Source of the DNA: Vicinamibacterales bacterium
Lineage (GTDB): Bacteria > Acidobacteriota > Vicinamibacteria > Vicinamibacterales > Fen-181
Direction of reading: 5' to 3'
Length of the DNA: 50,704 bases
Assembly (NCBI GenBank): GCA_036381995.1
Contig: DASVIS010000077.1
Location: 1-50,704, forward strand
Shown piece by piece: positions 1 through 7,747 of the stretch. The notes under the pieces are model-generated. The model worked only from the letters and a program-made list of their open reading frames with translations. It had not been told where the DNA came from and ran no database searches. The translations under genes were made by a program, and so were the position numbers. Within the stretch, counting starts at the first letter, position 1. The number at the start of each line of letters is the position of its first letter.

Positions 1-357
1 GTCTGGGTGTCAGGCGGGCGCAGGGTCGCCCCGACAGCAGGTCGTGGGCATCTTCGTGACAGGCGGGCACCGTCCGCCCGGGGCGGGGCGGACGCAGTTT
101 CAGCGGGAAGTGACGCAGTTTCGGAGGGCAACCCGACGGCTGTCCGAAGTGCGTCGACCTCCTCGGGCGGCAGCTCATGCGCCGACAGATCGCGGGCCGC
201 CAGATCGCCAAGATGCAGCCAAATCATGGCTCATCTGCAGCTTACGTCGTGGAGAAGTGGTGCGTACTCGGAGCGGTGGCGTCGCTCGCGAATACCGAGT
301 AGTGCTCGCCCGCAGACATGACGCTCGGGCGGCGGGAGACGAGACGTATGGAAATAT

Positions 358-576
358 CTAGAGGTCGCCGATGGCGCGGGCCTGCATCAATATCAACTCG
401 GCGTATTGGTCAACGAACGCTCGCCCGTCGCATTCGGCGAACGCATCGAGCAAGGCTTGCTCTTCCGGCGTGCGTGGTCCTGGTGACCTCGTGAAGTCGT
501 AACCAGACGCCAGTCGTGCGTAGACGTGGCGCATCTTGGCCGTTTCTTCCGGCGTGAGATCGCGTTCTTGGTCCAT
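358..576 (-). CDS. hypothetical small protein (72 aa)
   Basis: Track ORF with ATG start and mostly G/C third positions. No motif I recognise. Confidence 0.35.
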   Translation of the reverse strand: MDQERDLTPEETAKMRHVYARLASGYDFTRSPGPRTPEEQALLDAFAECDGRAFVDQYAELILMQARAIGDL

Positions 577-612
577 GTGCGTCCTCAGTCTAGCCGCGAC
601 GTCCAGGGCAAG

Positions 613-637
613 AAAAAAGGCGCCCGAAGGCGCCTTT
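613..637 (-). terminator. intrinsic terminator-like hairpin downstream of tRNA-Phe
   Basis: GGCGCC-CGAA-GGCGCC stem-loop (619-634). On the minus strand it reads as stem followed by TTTTTT, about 40 nt past the tRNA 3' end. The plus strand has a TTT tail, so it may act in both directions. Confidence 0.6.
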
Positions 638-679
638 CTGGAATCCGTTGCAATCTCGTTGCAAGCGGCTGAGCAAATT

Positions 680-754
680 TGGTGGCCAGGCCCAGGATTG
701 AACTGGGGACACCCCGGTTTTCAGCCGAGTGCTCTACCGCTGAGCTACCTGGCC
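680..754 (-). tRNA. tRNA-Phe (anticodon GAA), CCA encoded
   Basis: The reverse complement folds by hand as GGCCAGG-TA-GCTC-AGCGGTA-GAGC-A-CTCGG-CTGAAAA-CCGGG-GTGTC-CCCAG-TTCAATC-CTGGG-CCTGGCC-A-CCA (75 nt). All four stems are Watson-Crick and the anticodon loop is CT-GAA-AA. Confidence 0.93.
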
Positions 755-773
755 ACCGACAAGAAACGAAATT

Positions 774-1382
774 TTACAGCGATTCGCCCCTCACTGTCGA
801 GAGGGATGGAGCAGCGCGCGCCAGGACCACGCGGTCCACGAGGCGCTCCGGCTCGCGGTCCACGAGCACCGCAGCGCCCGCTCCATAGAGGAAGCCGTCG
901 TGACGGGCCCGATCGAACATCGCCAGCAGACTATCGAAGTAGCCGTCCGTGTTGAGGAGTGCGCACGGCTTCTGGTGTAAATCGAGTTGCGCCCACGTGA
1001 GGACCTCGAAGAACTCGTCGAGCGTACCGAAGCCGCCCGGCAGCGCGATGAAGGCGTCGCTCAGCCTGACCATGAGGGCTTTCCGCTCGTGCATCGAGGC
1101 GACGACGTGAAGCTCGGTGAGACCTCGGTGCGCGCGCTCCAACCCGACCAACTGTTCCGGGATCACGCCGACCACGCGGCTTCCGGCCTCGAGGGCCGCG
1201 TCGGCCAGCCGCCGCATCAGGCCGATGTTGCTGCCACCGTAGACCAGCGTGAGACCGTGCGCGGCGATGGCGCGACCAATCGCGCCCGCCGCCTCGCCGT
1301 ACGCGGGACGCCCTCCGTCACTCGATCCGCAGAAGACGCAAATGCTGGTCAGACGTCGCTCCCCGCGGCCGCCAGTCGCCAC
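774..1382 (-). CDS. LOG family protein (TIGR00730-type, cytokinin riboside 5'-monophosphate phosphoribohydrolase-like)
   Basis: Only the 3' third of track ORF 774..2105 is used. It shows ICVFCGSSDG, VYGGSNIGLMR and PGGFGTLDEFFE signatures. The upstream part of that ORF is shadow frame over the PAP2 and recA genes. Start is set to the first in-frame GTG (1382), which overlaps the PAP2 stop by 34 nt, so the start is uncertain. Confidence 0.8.
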   Translation of the reverse strand: MATGGRGERRLTSICVFCGSSDGGRPAYGEAAGAIGRAIAAHGLTLVYGGSNIGLMRRLADAALEAGSRVVGVIPEQLVGLERAHRGLTELHVVASMHERKALMVRLSDAFIALPGGFGTLDEFFEVLTWAQLDLHQKPCALLNTDGYFDSLLAMFDRARHDGFLYGAGAAVLVDREPERLVDRVVLARAAPSLSTVRGESL

Positions 1383-1876
1383 ACCGTCCGCCCCCGGATG
1401 ACCCAGGCGACCGCCCACCCAATGAGAAGGCCGGCCAGCACGTCGCTTGGATAGTGCACGCCCAGGTAGATTCGAGAACAGGAGATGCCGATGGCCAAGG
1501 CCCACAGGCCGACCCTGGCAGCCGGCCACGTGGACGCCAGCATGTAGGCGCCAGCCGCGGCAGTGGCGGCGTGCCCGGATGGAAACGAATAGCCGGCGGG
1601 CTGGGCGCCAACCGCCTGAAACGCCTCGATGCTGGTCCACGGCCTCGGACGGTGGACGAGAGGCTTGAGCACGCAGTCGGACATGACCCAGGCAAGCAGA
1701 ACGGCGAGCACCGTCTGCCACGCAGCCATCGCCAGGCGCCGATTGATCACCACCCGGGCGGCCGCAAGGACCACCCAGACGGCACCGCCCCTGGCGATGA
1801 AGGTGAGCGCCAGCATGATGCTGTCGAGCGGCGCGGACCGATGCGCTGCGAGCGATGTCAGGATGCTGGTTTCCAT
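1349..1876 (-). CDS. PAP2-family phosphatase (undecaprenyl-diphosphatase / phosphatidic acid phosphatase type 2-like), membrane
   Basis: The three acid-phosphatase motifs are present: KPLVHRPRP, PSGH and SRIYLGVHYPSD. Several hydrophobic helices. Confidence 0.85.
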   Translation of the reverse strand: METSILTSLAAHRSAPLDSIMLALTFIARGGAVWVVLAAARVVINRRLAMAAWQTVLAVLLAWVMSDCVLKPLVHRPRPWTSIEAFQAVGAQPAGYSFPSGHAATAAAGAYMLASTWPAARVGLWALAIGISCSRIYLGVHYPSDVLAGLLIGWAVAWVIRGRTVWRLAAAGSDV

Positions 1877-1881
1877 CCGGC

Positions 1882-2907
1882 CTAGGCTTCCGCCGCCTCT
1901 GCCGCCGACAGCCCCAGCTCCTTCCGCAGCCGGACTTCGATCGTCTGCGACGTTTCCGGGTTGTCGCGAAGGAACTGCTTGGCGTTCTCACGACCCTGGC
2001 CGAGGCGCTCGCCGCCATAGGCGAACCATGTGCCGCTCTTGTCCACGATCTTGTGCTCCACGGCGAGGTCGAGCAGGTCGCCCTCACGAGAGATCCCTTC
2101 GCCATAGAGGATGTCGAACTCCGCCTCGCGGAATGGCGGCGCCACCTTGTTCTTCACGACCTTTACACGGGTCCGTCCGCCGATGATGGTGTCGCCGTCC
2201 TTGATGCTGGCGATGCGGCGGATGTCGAGTCGCACCGACGCGTAGAACTTCAGCGCGCGCCCGCCTGTCGTCGTCTCGGGGTTGCCGAACATGACGCCGA
2301 TCTTCTCGCGCAACTGGTTGATGAACACCAGGGAGGTCTTCGACTTCGACACGACGCCGGTCAGCTTGCGGAGCGCCTGCGACATGAGCCGGGCCTGCAG
2401 GCCCATTTGGGCCTCGCCCATCTCGCCTTCGATTTCTGCCCGCGGCACGAGCGCGGCGACCGAGTCGACCACCACCACGTCGGCACCGCCCGAGCGCACG
2501 AGGACCTCGACGATCTCCAGCGCCTGCTCCCCATTGTCCGGCTGCGAAACCAGGAGGTTGTCGATATCGACCCCGAGCTTCTTCGCATACTTGGCGTCGA
2601 GCGCATGTTCGGCGTCAACGAACGCAGCCATGCCGCCCAACTTCTGGGCCTGCGCAATCACTTGGAGCGCGAGAGTCGTTTTGCCCGAGGATTCCGGGCC
2701 GAAGATTTCCACGACACGGCCGCGAGGGACGCCACCGACCCCGAGGGCGAAGTCCAAGCTGATCGAACCGGTCGGGATGACGTCCACGGGGGACACGGCT
2801 CCCTTGATTCCCAGCCGCATGATCGAGCCCTTGCCAAACTGCTTCTCGATCTGACTGACGGCGACATCCAGGGCCTTGGTGCGTTCGTTGCGGTCGTCGG
2901 CGGACAT
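1882..2907 (-). CDS. recA: recombinase RecA
   Basis: Full-length RecA-like translation ([22 protein letters not shown], Walker [32 protein letters not shown]). Start moved from the track GTG (2931) to ATG 2907, which is preceded by GAGAGGAG. Confidence 0.97.
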   Translation of the reverse strand: MSADDRNERTKALDVAVSQIEKQFGKGSIMRLGIKGAVSPVDVIPTGSISLDFALGVGGVPRGRVVEIFGPESSGKTTLALQVIAQAQKLGGMAAFVDAEHALDAKYAKKLGVDIDNLLVSQPDNGEQALEIVEVLVRSGGADVVVVDSVAALVPRAEIEGEMGEAQMGLQARLMSQALRKLTGVVSKSKTSLVFINQLREKIGVMFGNPETTTGGRALKFYASVRLDIRRIASIKDGDTIIGGRTRVKVVKNKVAPPFREAEFDILYGEGISREGDLLDLAVEHKIVDKSGTWFAYGGERLGQGRENAKQFLRDNPETSQTIEVRLRKELGLSAAEAAEA

Positions 2908-2985
2908 CTGCACTCCTCTCTCGTGAGTCACTGAAACCCCTGCATTCTAAAGTCGTGCCGGACGGAAAGTCAAGCGAAAGGCGCA

Positions 2986-2995
2986 AGTATATACT
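2986..2995 (-). promoter_or_regulatory. perfect 10-bp palindrome AGTATATACT overlapping a -10-like TATACT upstream of recA (candidate operator/promoter)
   Basis: AT-rich island in a GC-rich genome, about 80 nt upstream of the recA ATG. On the recA strand it reads TTTGCA-15 nt-TATACT. The palindrome covers the -10-like hexamer. Confidence 0.3.
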
Positions 2996-3024
2996 CAATA
3001 ACTAGCTGCAAATACTATGGTTAT

Positions 3025-3041
3025 CGAAAGTAAGACTTTCG
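3025..3041. promoter_or_regulatory. inverted repeat CGAAAGT-AAG-ACTTTCG between the ydjM-like gene and recA
   Basis: Perfect 7-bp arms with a 3-nt spacer. It could be a small hairpin or a dimeric protein binding site. There is no T-run, so it is not a classical terminator. Confidence 0.25.
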
Positions 3042-3116
3042 CCATCTATTCTTGGGCCGTCAGAATCCTCGCCGTTTCTGCCATGGGTTCCAGAGCGAAG
3101 TGCGCAACGGCTCCAT

Positions 3117-3683
3117 TCAGACAGCAGCGGGCGGTGGCCGTCGCAACCTGAACCGTGCCACGGCCCACGCCAACGGCACCAGGATCAGTAACTCCCTGGC
3201 AACCGACACGATATTCTGCGTCCAGGCGGCCGCCAGCCAGTACTCCCGGGAAATGCGCAGGAAGACGTGGACGGGTGAGAGGAAGAAACTGCTGTCGAAC
3301 GGCCAGAGCGCCATGACGCCAAGCGGTGGGGAGGTGTCCTGGGCCAGCCAGTCGAGGAGAACGTGCGACCCATAACTCGCGGCGACGGCTACCGACACCG
3401 ACAGGGCGGCACGGCCTCGGTGCCTGGTCCACCAGAGCGTCACCGCCAGGGTGAGCAGGACTGCGCCGATGCTGTGGGTATAGCGACTGTGAAGGCCGAC
3501 CAGGAGATCCAGATCGGCAACCATTCCGGCAGCGACGTAAACCCATGTGCGCCGCGAGTGCACGACGCGATGGAACCACGTCCGACTCGCGGGGGCGGAA
3601 CCGGCTGACCTTGTCGCTGGCTCGGGACTGATCAGCCAGCCTGCAATGAAGCCCCCAAGCGCGTGACCAAGCGGGCTGGGCAC
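3117..3683 (-). CDS. membrane-bound metal-dependent hydrolase, YdjM/DUF457-like
   Basis: N-terminus MPSPLGHALGGFIAGWL, conserved His residues (HSRYTHS, SYGSHVLLDW) and 4-5 hydrophobic segments. It resembles the LexA-regulated YdjM family. Confidence 0.6.
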   Translation of the reverse strand: MPSPLGHALGGFIAGWLISPEPATRSAGSAPASRTWFHRVVHSRRTWVYVAAGMVADLDLLVGLHSRYTHSIGAVLLTLAVTLWWTRHRGRAALSVSVAVAASYGSHVLLDWLAQDTSPPLGVMALWPFDSSFFLSPVHVFLRISREYWLAAAWTQNIVSVARELLILVPLAWAVARFRLRRPPPAAV

Positions 3684-3686
3684 CGG

Positions 3687-3980
3687 TCACGCCTTCGGTG
3701 GCCGCGTGAGGATCTTGAGCTTGGTCACGAACTTCGCTCCCACGAGGTCCTGAAGGCGCGACAGGATCATGGTCTGCGAACGTCTGACCTCGCGACGCCA
3801 GGCAAGATCTTCGGCCGTGACCTCAACGGTTCCGTTGTCGAGCATGTTCACGGTAGTGGCACGGCTCATAGCGGCCCCGACGGCCACACGCCACGCGAGC
3901 CGGAGCTTGCCAGGCGACATCGGGCCTTTCTGGAGAATCCTGCGGACGGCTGAGGGGACGACGGCAGTTAATGGCTCCAC
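3687..3980 (-). CDS. DUF721/DciA-like protein
   Basis: Shows the pattern LAWRVAVG..MSRATTVNMLDNGTVEVTAEDLAWRREV...ILSRLQDLVG...VTKLKI typical of DUF721. GTG start. Its stop lies 3 nt before the ydjM-like start. Confidence 0.6.
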   Translation of the reverse strand: MEPLTAVVPSAVRRILQKGPMSPGKLRLAWRVAVGAAMSRATTVNMLDNGTVEVTAEDLAWRREVRRSQTMILSRLQDLVGAKFVTKLKILTRPPKA

Positions 3981-4012
3981 AATGAATCTATTCTCTCATG
4001 TAAAATCTTCCG

Positions 4013-4615
4013 GTGCGCCCTCTTCTCGCGGTCCCCCCGCTGATCCTGGCATCCGCCTCTCCCCGGCGGGCCGATCTTCTCGCCGCTGCCGGCATGCGGT
4101 TCTCCACCCGGCCCGTCGAAGTGGACGAACGAGCGCTCAGCGGCGAATCGCCGCCGGACTACGTGCTCAGGATCGCTCGTGACAAGGCCAGAGCCTGCGC
4201 CCGGTCGTCCGATGACCTGGTGCTGGCGGCCGACACGGTCGTGGTGATCGACGGCCTGATCCTGGGTAAGCCGATCGACGATGCCGACGCGGTGCGCATG
4301 CTTCGACGACTGTCCGGGAGAGTCCACCAGGTGTTGACCGGCGTGGCCCTGCATCGTCGGGACAGGGAAGTCGCGTCGGTTGAAACGACGGCCGTGACGT
4401 TTGAGTCCCTCAGCATGGACGAAATCGGCTGGTACGTGGCGTCGGGCGAGCCTCGCGACAAGGCCGGAGCGTACGCCGTGCAAGGATTGGCGTCCCGATT
4501 CGTGACGCGGATCGACGGGTCCTATTCGAACGTCGTCGGGCTCCCCGTGGCGCGGGTCTATCGAATGGTGGCCGACCTCCAATCTGCAGAGTCGGCAAGC
4601 CCGTTCAGCGTGTGA
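4013..4615 (+). CDS. maf: Maf-like nucleoside triphosphate pyrophosphatase (septum formation protein)
   Basis: [51 protein letters not shown] start. Confidence 0.9.
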   Translation: MRPLLAVPPLILASASPRRADLLAAAGMRFSTRPVEVDERALSGESPPDYVLRIARDKARACARSSDDLVLAADTVVVIDGLILGKPIDDADAVRMLRRLSGRVHQVLTGVALHRRDREVASVETTAVTFESLSMDEIGWYVASGEPRDKAGAYAVQGLASRFVTRIDGSYSNVVGLPVARVYRMVADLQSAESASPFSV

Positions 4616-4634
4616 CGACAACCCTGCAACTCGA

Positions 4635-4663
4635 TTGACCATCGGTCGGTGAGGCGGTATTCT
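4635..4663 (+). promoter_or_regulatory. sigma-70-like promoter candidate for the ccm operon
   Basis: TTGACC (4635-4640), 17-nt spacer, TATTCT (4658-4663), 30 nt upstream of the ccmE ATG. Confidence 0.4.
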
Positions 4664-4692
4664 GGGGTGGGGAAAATTTCGCGAAAGGCGCT

Positions 4693-5124
4693 ATGTCGAA
4701 CAAGGGTGTCAAGATTGGACTGACTGTCGTCGTGCTGGCCGTGGCGCTGGCCGGCCTGCTGCGTGCGACGTTGCGAGACGGCACCGAGTACTACAAGCAC
4801 GTGGACGAGGTGCTGGTGAACCCCGCTGCGTGGCAGGGCAAGAACCTCCAGCTGCACGGGTACGTGGTCAGGGATTCGATTCTCAGGAAGCGCGATTCGC
4901 TCGACTACCGGTTCAAGGTGACGGCGAAGGTGGGCGACGACGCTCGAGTCGTGTCGGCTCACTACACCGGCATCGTGCCGGACACCTTCTCGGATGACGC
5001 GGAGGTCGTGCTGAAGGGCAAGCTCGAGCCGGACGGGTTCCACGTCTCGCCGAACGGCGTCATGGCGAAGTGCCCGTCGAAGTACGAAGCGAAGAAGAGG
5101 GCGGACGGCGCTCCGGGCAACTAG
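4693..5124 (+). CDS. ccmE: cytochrome c maturation heme chaperone CcmE, Cys-type (CxxxY) variant
   Basis: N-terminal membrane anchor plus OB-fold-like body (LQLHGYVV, FKV, VVLKGKL). The C-terminal VMAKCPSKY aligns with E. coli LAKHDENY, so the heme-binding His is replaced by Cys (codon 127, nt 5071-5073). Confidence 0.9.
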   Translation: MSNKGVKIGLTVVVLAVALAGLLRATLRDGTEYYKHVDEVLVNPAAWQGKNLQLHGYVVRDSILRKRDSLDYRFKVTAKVGDDARVVSAHYTGIVPDTFSDDAEVVLKGKLEPDGFHVSPNGVMAKCPSKYEAKKRADGAPGN

Positions 5125-5257
5125 CCAGGAGGCCATGGCTTGCCATCTCCCGTCATCGCGTTTGTCACATTCCCGATTCCGTCTCGTGTGACCTCCGCCT
5201 CCCCGGTGCGGCCATTTCACCGGGAGAATGAGGGTGTGCACGATTAGCGAGTAGACC

Positions 5258-7747
5258 ATGGCCTCCCTCGGCACATTTACGCTCCTCGCAGCGTTCGTGA
5301 TTTCCGCCTACGCCGCCGCCGCGGCGATTGCCGGCGCCCGGCGCGCGTCGCGCAGCCTGGTCGACAGCGCGGTGGGTGCGTTCTATCTCGTCGCGGCCCT
5401 GCTGACGGTTGGCACCGCCGTGATCATCCATGCGTTCGTCACCAACGACTACAGCATCAAGTACGTCCAGCACTACTCGGACAGCGTCCAGCCGTTCATC
5501 TACAAGCTGACCTCCTACTGGGGGGGGCTCGACGGTTCGATCATGTTCTGGGTCTTCCTGCTGGCCGTATTCGGGTCGACGGCCGTCTACGTGAACAGGG
5601 AGCGGCACCGCGAGTTGATGCCATACGTCGTGGCGATCATCTCCGTCGTGCAGATGTTCTTCCTGTTCCTGATGGTCATCCACAAGAACCCGTTCGACAC
5701 CTTCCTGGTGACGGCACCGACCGAAGGGCGGGGGCTCAACCCGCTCCTGCAGAACGCCTACATGGCCATCCACCCGCCGTCGCTCTACGTCGGCTTCGTC
5801 GGGATGACCATTCCGTACGCGTTCGGCATGGCCGCGCTCATCACGGGACATCTGGATGACTCCTGGCTGCGCGCCGTACGGCGGTGGACGATGGTGAGCT
5901 GGCTGTTCCTGTCGTTCGGCCTGACGCTCGGGATGATCTGGGCCTACGAGGTGCTTGGCTGGGGCGGTTACTGGGGATGGGACCCGGTCGAGAACGCCGG
6001 GCTGCTGCCGTGGCTCACGGCGACCGCGTTCCTGCACTCCGTCATGGTCCAGGAGCGGCGGGGGATGCTGCGCGTCTGGAATGTCGCCCTCGTGATCGTC
6101 ACGTTCTTCCTGACGATCTTCGGTACGTTCATGACGCGCTCGGGCGTCGTGCAGTCGGTGCACGCGTTCGGCGAGGACCGCCAGTTGGCGTGGATGTTCA
6201 CGGGCTTCATGGTCGTGATCCTCACTTTCAGCTTCGGCTACGTCATCTACCGGCTGCCGTTGCTGCGGGGACGGCACGAGCTGGACTCGTGGGTATCGCG
6301 CGAAGCGGCCTTCCTCGCGAACAACTGGATCTTGCTCTTCGCGGCGCTGTTCGTCCTGTTCGCCACCATGTTCCCGACGATCAGCGAGGCGCTGACGGGC
6401 GAACGGCTGACGGTCGGGCCGCCGTTCTTCAACAAGTGGATGCTGCCGATCGGACTCGCACTGCTGTTCCTCACGGGCGTGGGACCGCTCTTGGCATGGC
6501 GGAAGTCCACCGTGAAGAACCTGAGAGAGCAGTTTCTCTGGCCCGCGCTCATCGCCGTCGCGATGCCGGTGGCGCTGGCCTTCGCCGGGATTCCGTTCTG
6601 GGCGCCGGGCCTCTGTTTTGCGCTCTGCGCGTTCGTCGGAGTGACGGTCGTCCAGGAGTTCGTGCGGGGCGCGGCGGTGCGAAAGCAGGGAACGGGCACC
6701 GACTATTTCACCGCGATGGTGGGGCTCATAGCCCGCTCCAAACGGCGCTACGGTGGCTACATCGTCCACCTCGGCATCGTGCTGATGTTCCTGGGCTTCA
6801 CCGGCGAGGCGTTCAAGATCGACGAGCAGTTGATTCTGAAACCGGGCCAGCAGGCCCAGGTGGGCCATTTCGTCATCCGCAACGACGGCGTCCGCGTCAC
6901 CGACGACGGGCAGAAGCAGATGATCACCGGGCATCTCACGGTGTTCCGGGACGGCAAGGAGCTCGACAAGGCGTACCCGGGCAAGTGGCTCTATCGCCAT
7001 CACGAACAGGAGCCGGTCAGCCAGGTCGCCATTCGTCGAAGCGTCGCGGAAGACCTTTATATCGTGATGCCGGGGTTCGAGTTGCAGGACCAGTCGGTCA
7101 GTCTCCAGATCGTCATCAACCCGCTGGTGGACTGGATCTGGGTGGGCTTCGGCGTCCTCGCGTTCGGGACGATGCTGGCGCTGCTGCCCGAGCAGGTGCT
7201 CGGCTACGCGGCGGCCAAGCTGCCGGCGCCGGCATCGATCTCGATGCTGGTGCTGATGCTCGTGCTGATGGGTGCGCCGGCGCGAGCGCAGCACGTGGAG
7301 AGCCCGGCGTTCAAGCCGGTCGAGCCGAAGTCCGCGCTCGAGAAGGATCTGTACAGGTCGATCATCTGCATGTGCGGGACGTGCGGCCGGCAGCTCGTCG
7401 GAGAGTGTACGTGCGGTTATGCCGCGGAAATGCGGGCCGAGATCGGGAACCTGGTCAAGATGGGGCTGACGCGCGACCAGGTGCTGCAGTACTACATCAA
7501 GAAATATGGAAGCCAGGAGCCGCTGGCGATGCCGGTCGACAGGGGTTTCAACCGTCTGGCGTGGCTCCTGCCCTACATGCTCGGAACAGGCGGACTGCTG
7601 GTGATTGGCTTTGCCGCGCTCAAGTGGTCCCGCCATCCGTCGAACCCCGTCACCACGGCTGCGCCTGCCCCCGCTGCGCCGTCAACCGAAGCTGCCGACA
7701 AGGAACTGGAGGCGCGGCTGGACGATGAGCTCAGAGACCTCGACTAG
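5258..7747 (+). CDS. ccmF: CcmF heme lyase fused to a C-terminal CcmH-like domain
   Basis: WGGYWGWDPVENAGLLPWL (WWD motif) and a CcmF-like polytopic body of about 640 aa. This is followed by a hydrophobic linker and a CcmH-like module: IICMCGTCG (CxxC at 7373-7384), AEMRAEI...LTRDQVLQYYIKKYG, and a TM LAWLLPYMLGTGGLLVIGF. Confidence 0.9.
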   Translation: MASLGTFTLLAAFVISAYAAAAAIAGARRASRSLVDSAVGAFYLVAALLTVGTAVIIHAFVTNDYSIKYVQHYSDSVQPFIYKLTSYWGGLDGSIMFWVFLLAVFGSTAVYVNRERHRELMPYVVAIISVVQMFFLFLMVIHKNPFDTFLVTAPTEGRGLNPLLQNAYMAIHPPSLYVGFVGMTIPYAFGMAALITGHLDDSWLRAVRRWTMVSWLFLSFGLTLGMIWAYEVLGWGGYWGWDPVENAGLLPWLTATAFLHSVMVQERRGMLRVWNVALVIVTFFLTIFGTFMTRSGVVQSVHAFGEDRQLAWMFTGFMVVILTFSFGYVIYRLPLLRGRHELDSWVSREAAFLANNWILLFAALFVLFATMFPTISEALTGERLTVGPPFFNKWMLPIGLALLFLTGVGPLLAWRKSTVKNLREQFLWPALIAVAMPVALAFAGIPFWAPGLCFALCAFVGVTVVQEFVRGAAVRKQGTGTDYFTAMVGLIARSKRRYGGYIVHLGIVLMFLGFTGEAFKIDEQLILKPGQQAQVGHFVIRNDGVRVTDDGQKQMITGHLTVFRDGKELDKAYPGKWLYRHHEQEPVSQVAIRRSVAEDLYIVMPGFELQDQSVSLQIVINPLVDWIWVGFGVLAFGTMLALLPEQVLGYAAAKLPAPASISMLVLMLVLMGAPARAQHVESPAFKPVEPKSALEKDLYRSIICMCGTCGRQLVGECTCGYAAEMRAEIGNLVKMGLTRDQVLQYYIKKYGSQEPLAMPVDRGFNRLAWLLPYMLGTGGLLVIGFAALKWSRHPSNPVTTAAPAPAAPSTEAADKELEARLDDELRDLD

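Noticed and set aside
7-361. Plus-strand ORFs 7..321 and 44..361
   Set aside because: The translations are Arg/Pro/Ala-rich with no motifs, and the two ORFs overlap each other in different frames. A minus-strand reading looks at least as plausible. No call is made.
774-2105. 443-aa ORF as a single gene
   Set aside because: Only the last 200 or so codons look like a protein (LOG family). The rest is an out-of-frame read-through across the PAP2 and recA coding regions.
5135-5191. 18-codon ORF (MACHLPSSRLSHSRFRLV, then TGA) after AGGAGG in the ccmE-ccmF spacer
   Set aside because: The Shine-Dalgarno lies only 2 nt from the ATG. The sequence has no recognisable feature, and reading through the TGA gives nothing protein-like. 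It is probably non-coding leader sequence.
5165-7636. 823-aa minus-strand ORF covering the whole ccmF gene
   Set aside because: It is antisense to a gene with unmistakable CcmF motifs. The translation is low-complexity and rich in Arg/His/Asp/Glu/Gln (HQHEHQHQHRDRCRRRQ...) with no domain pattern. This is a typical stop-free shadow frame of GC-rich DNA.
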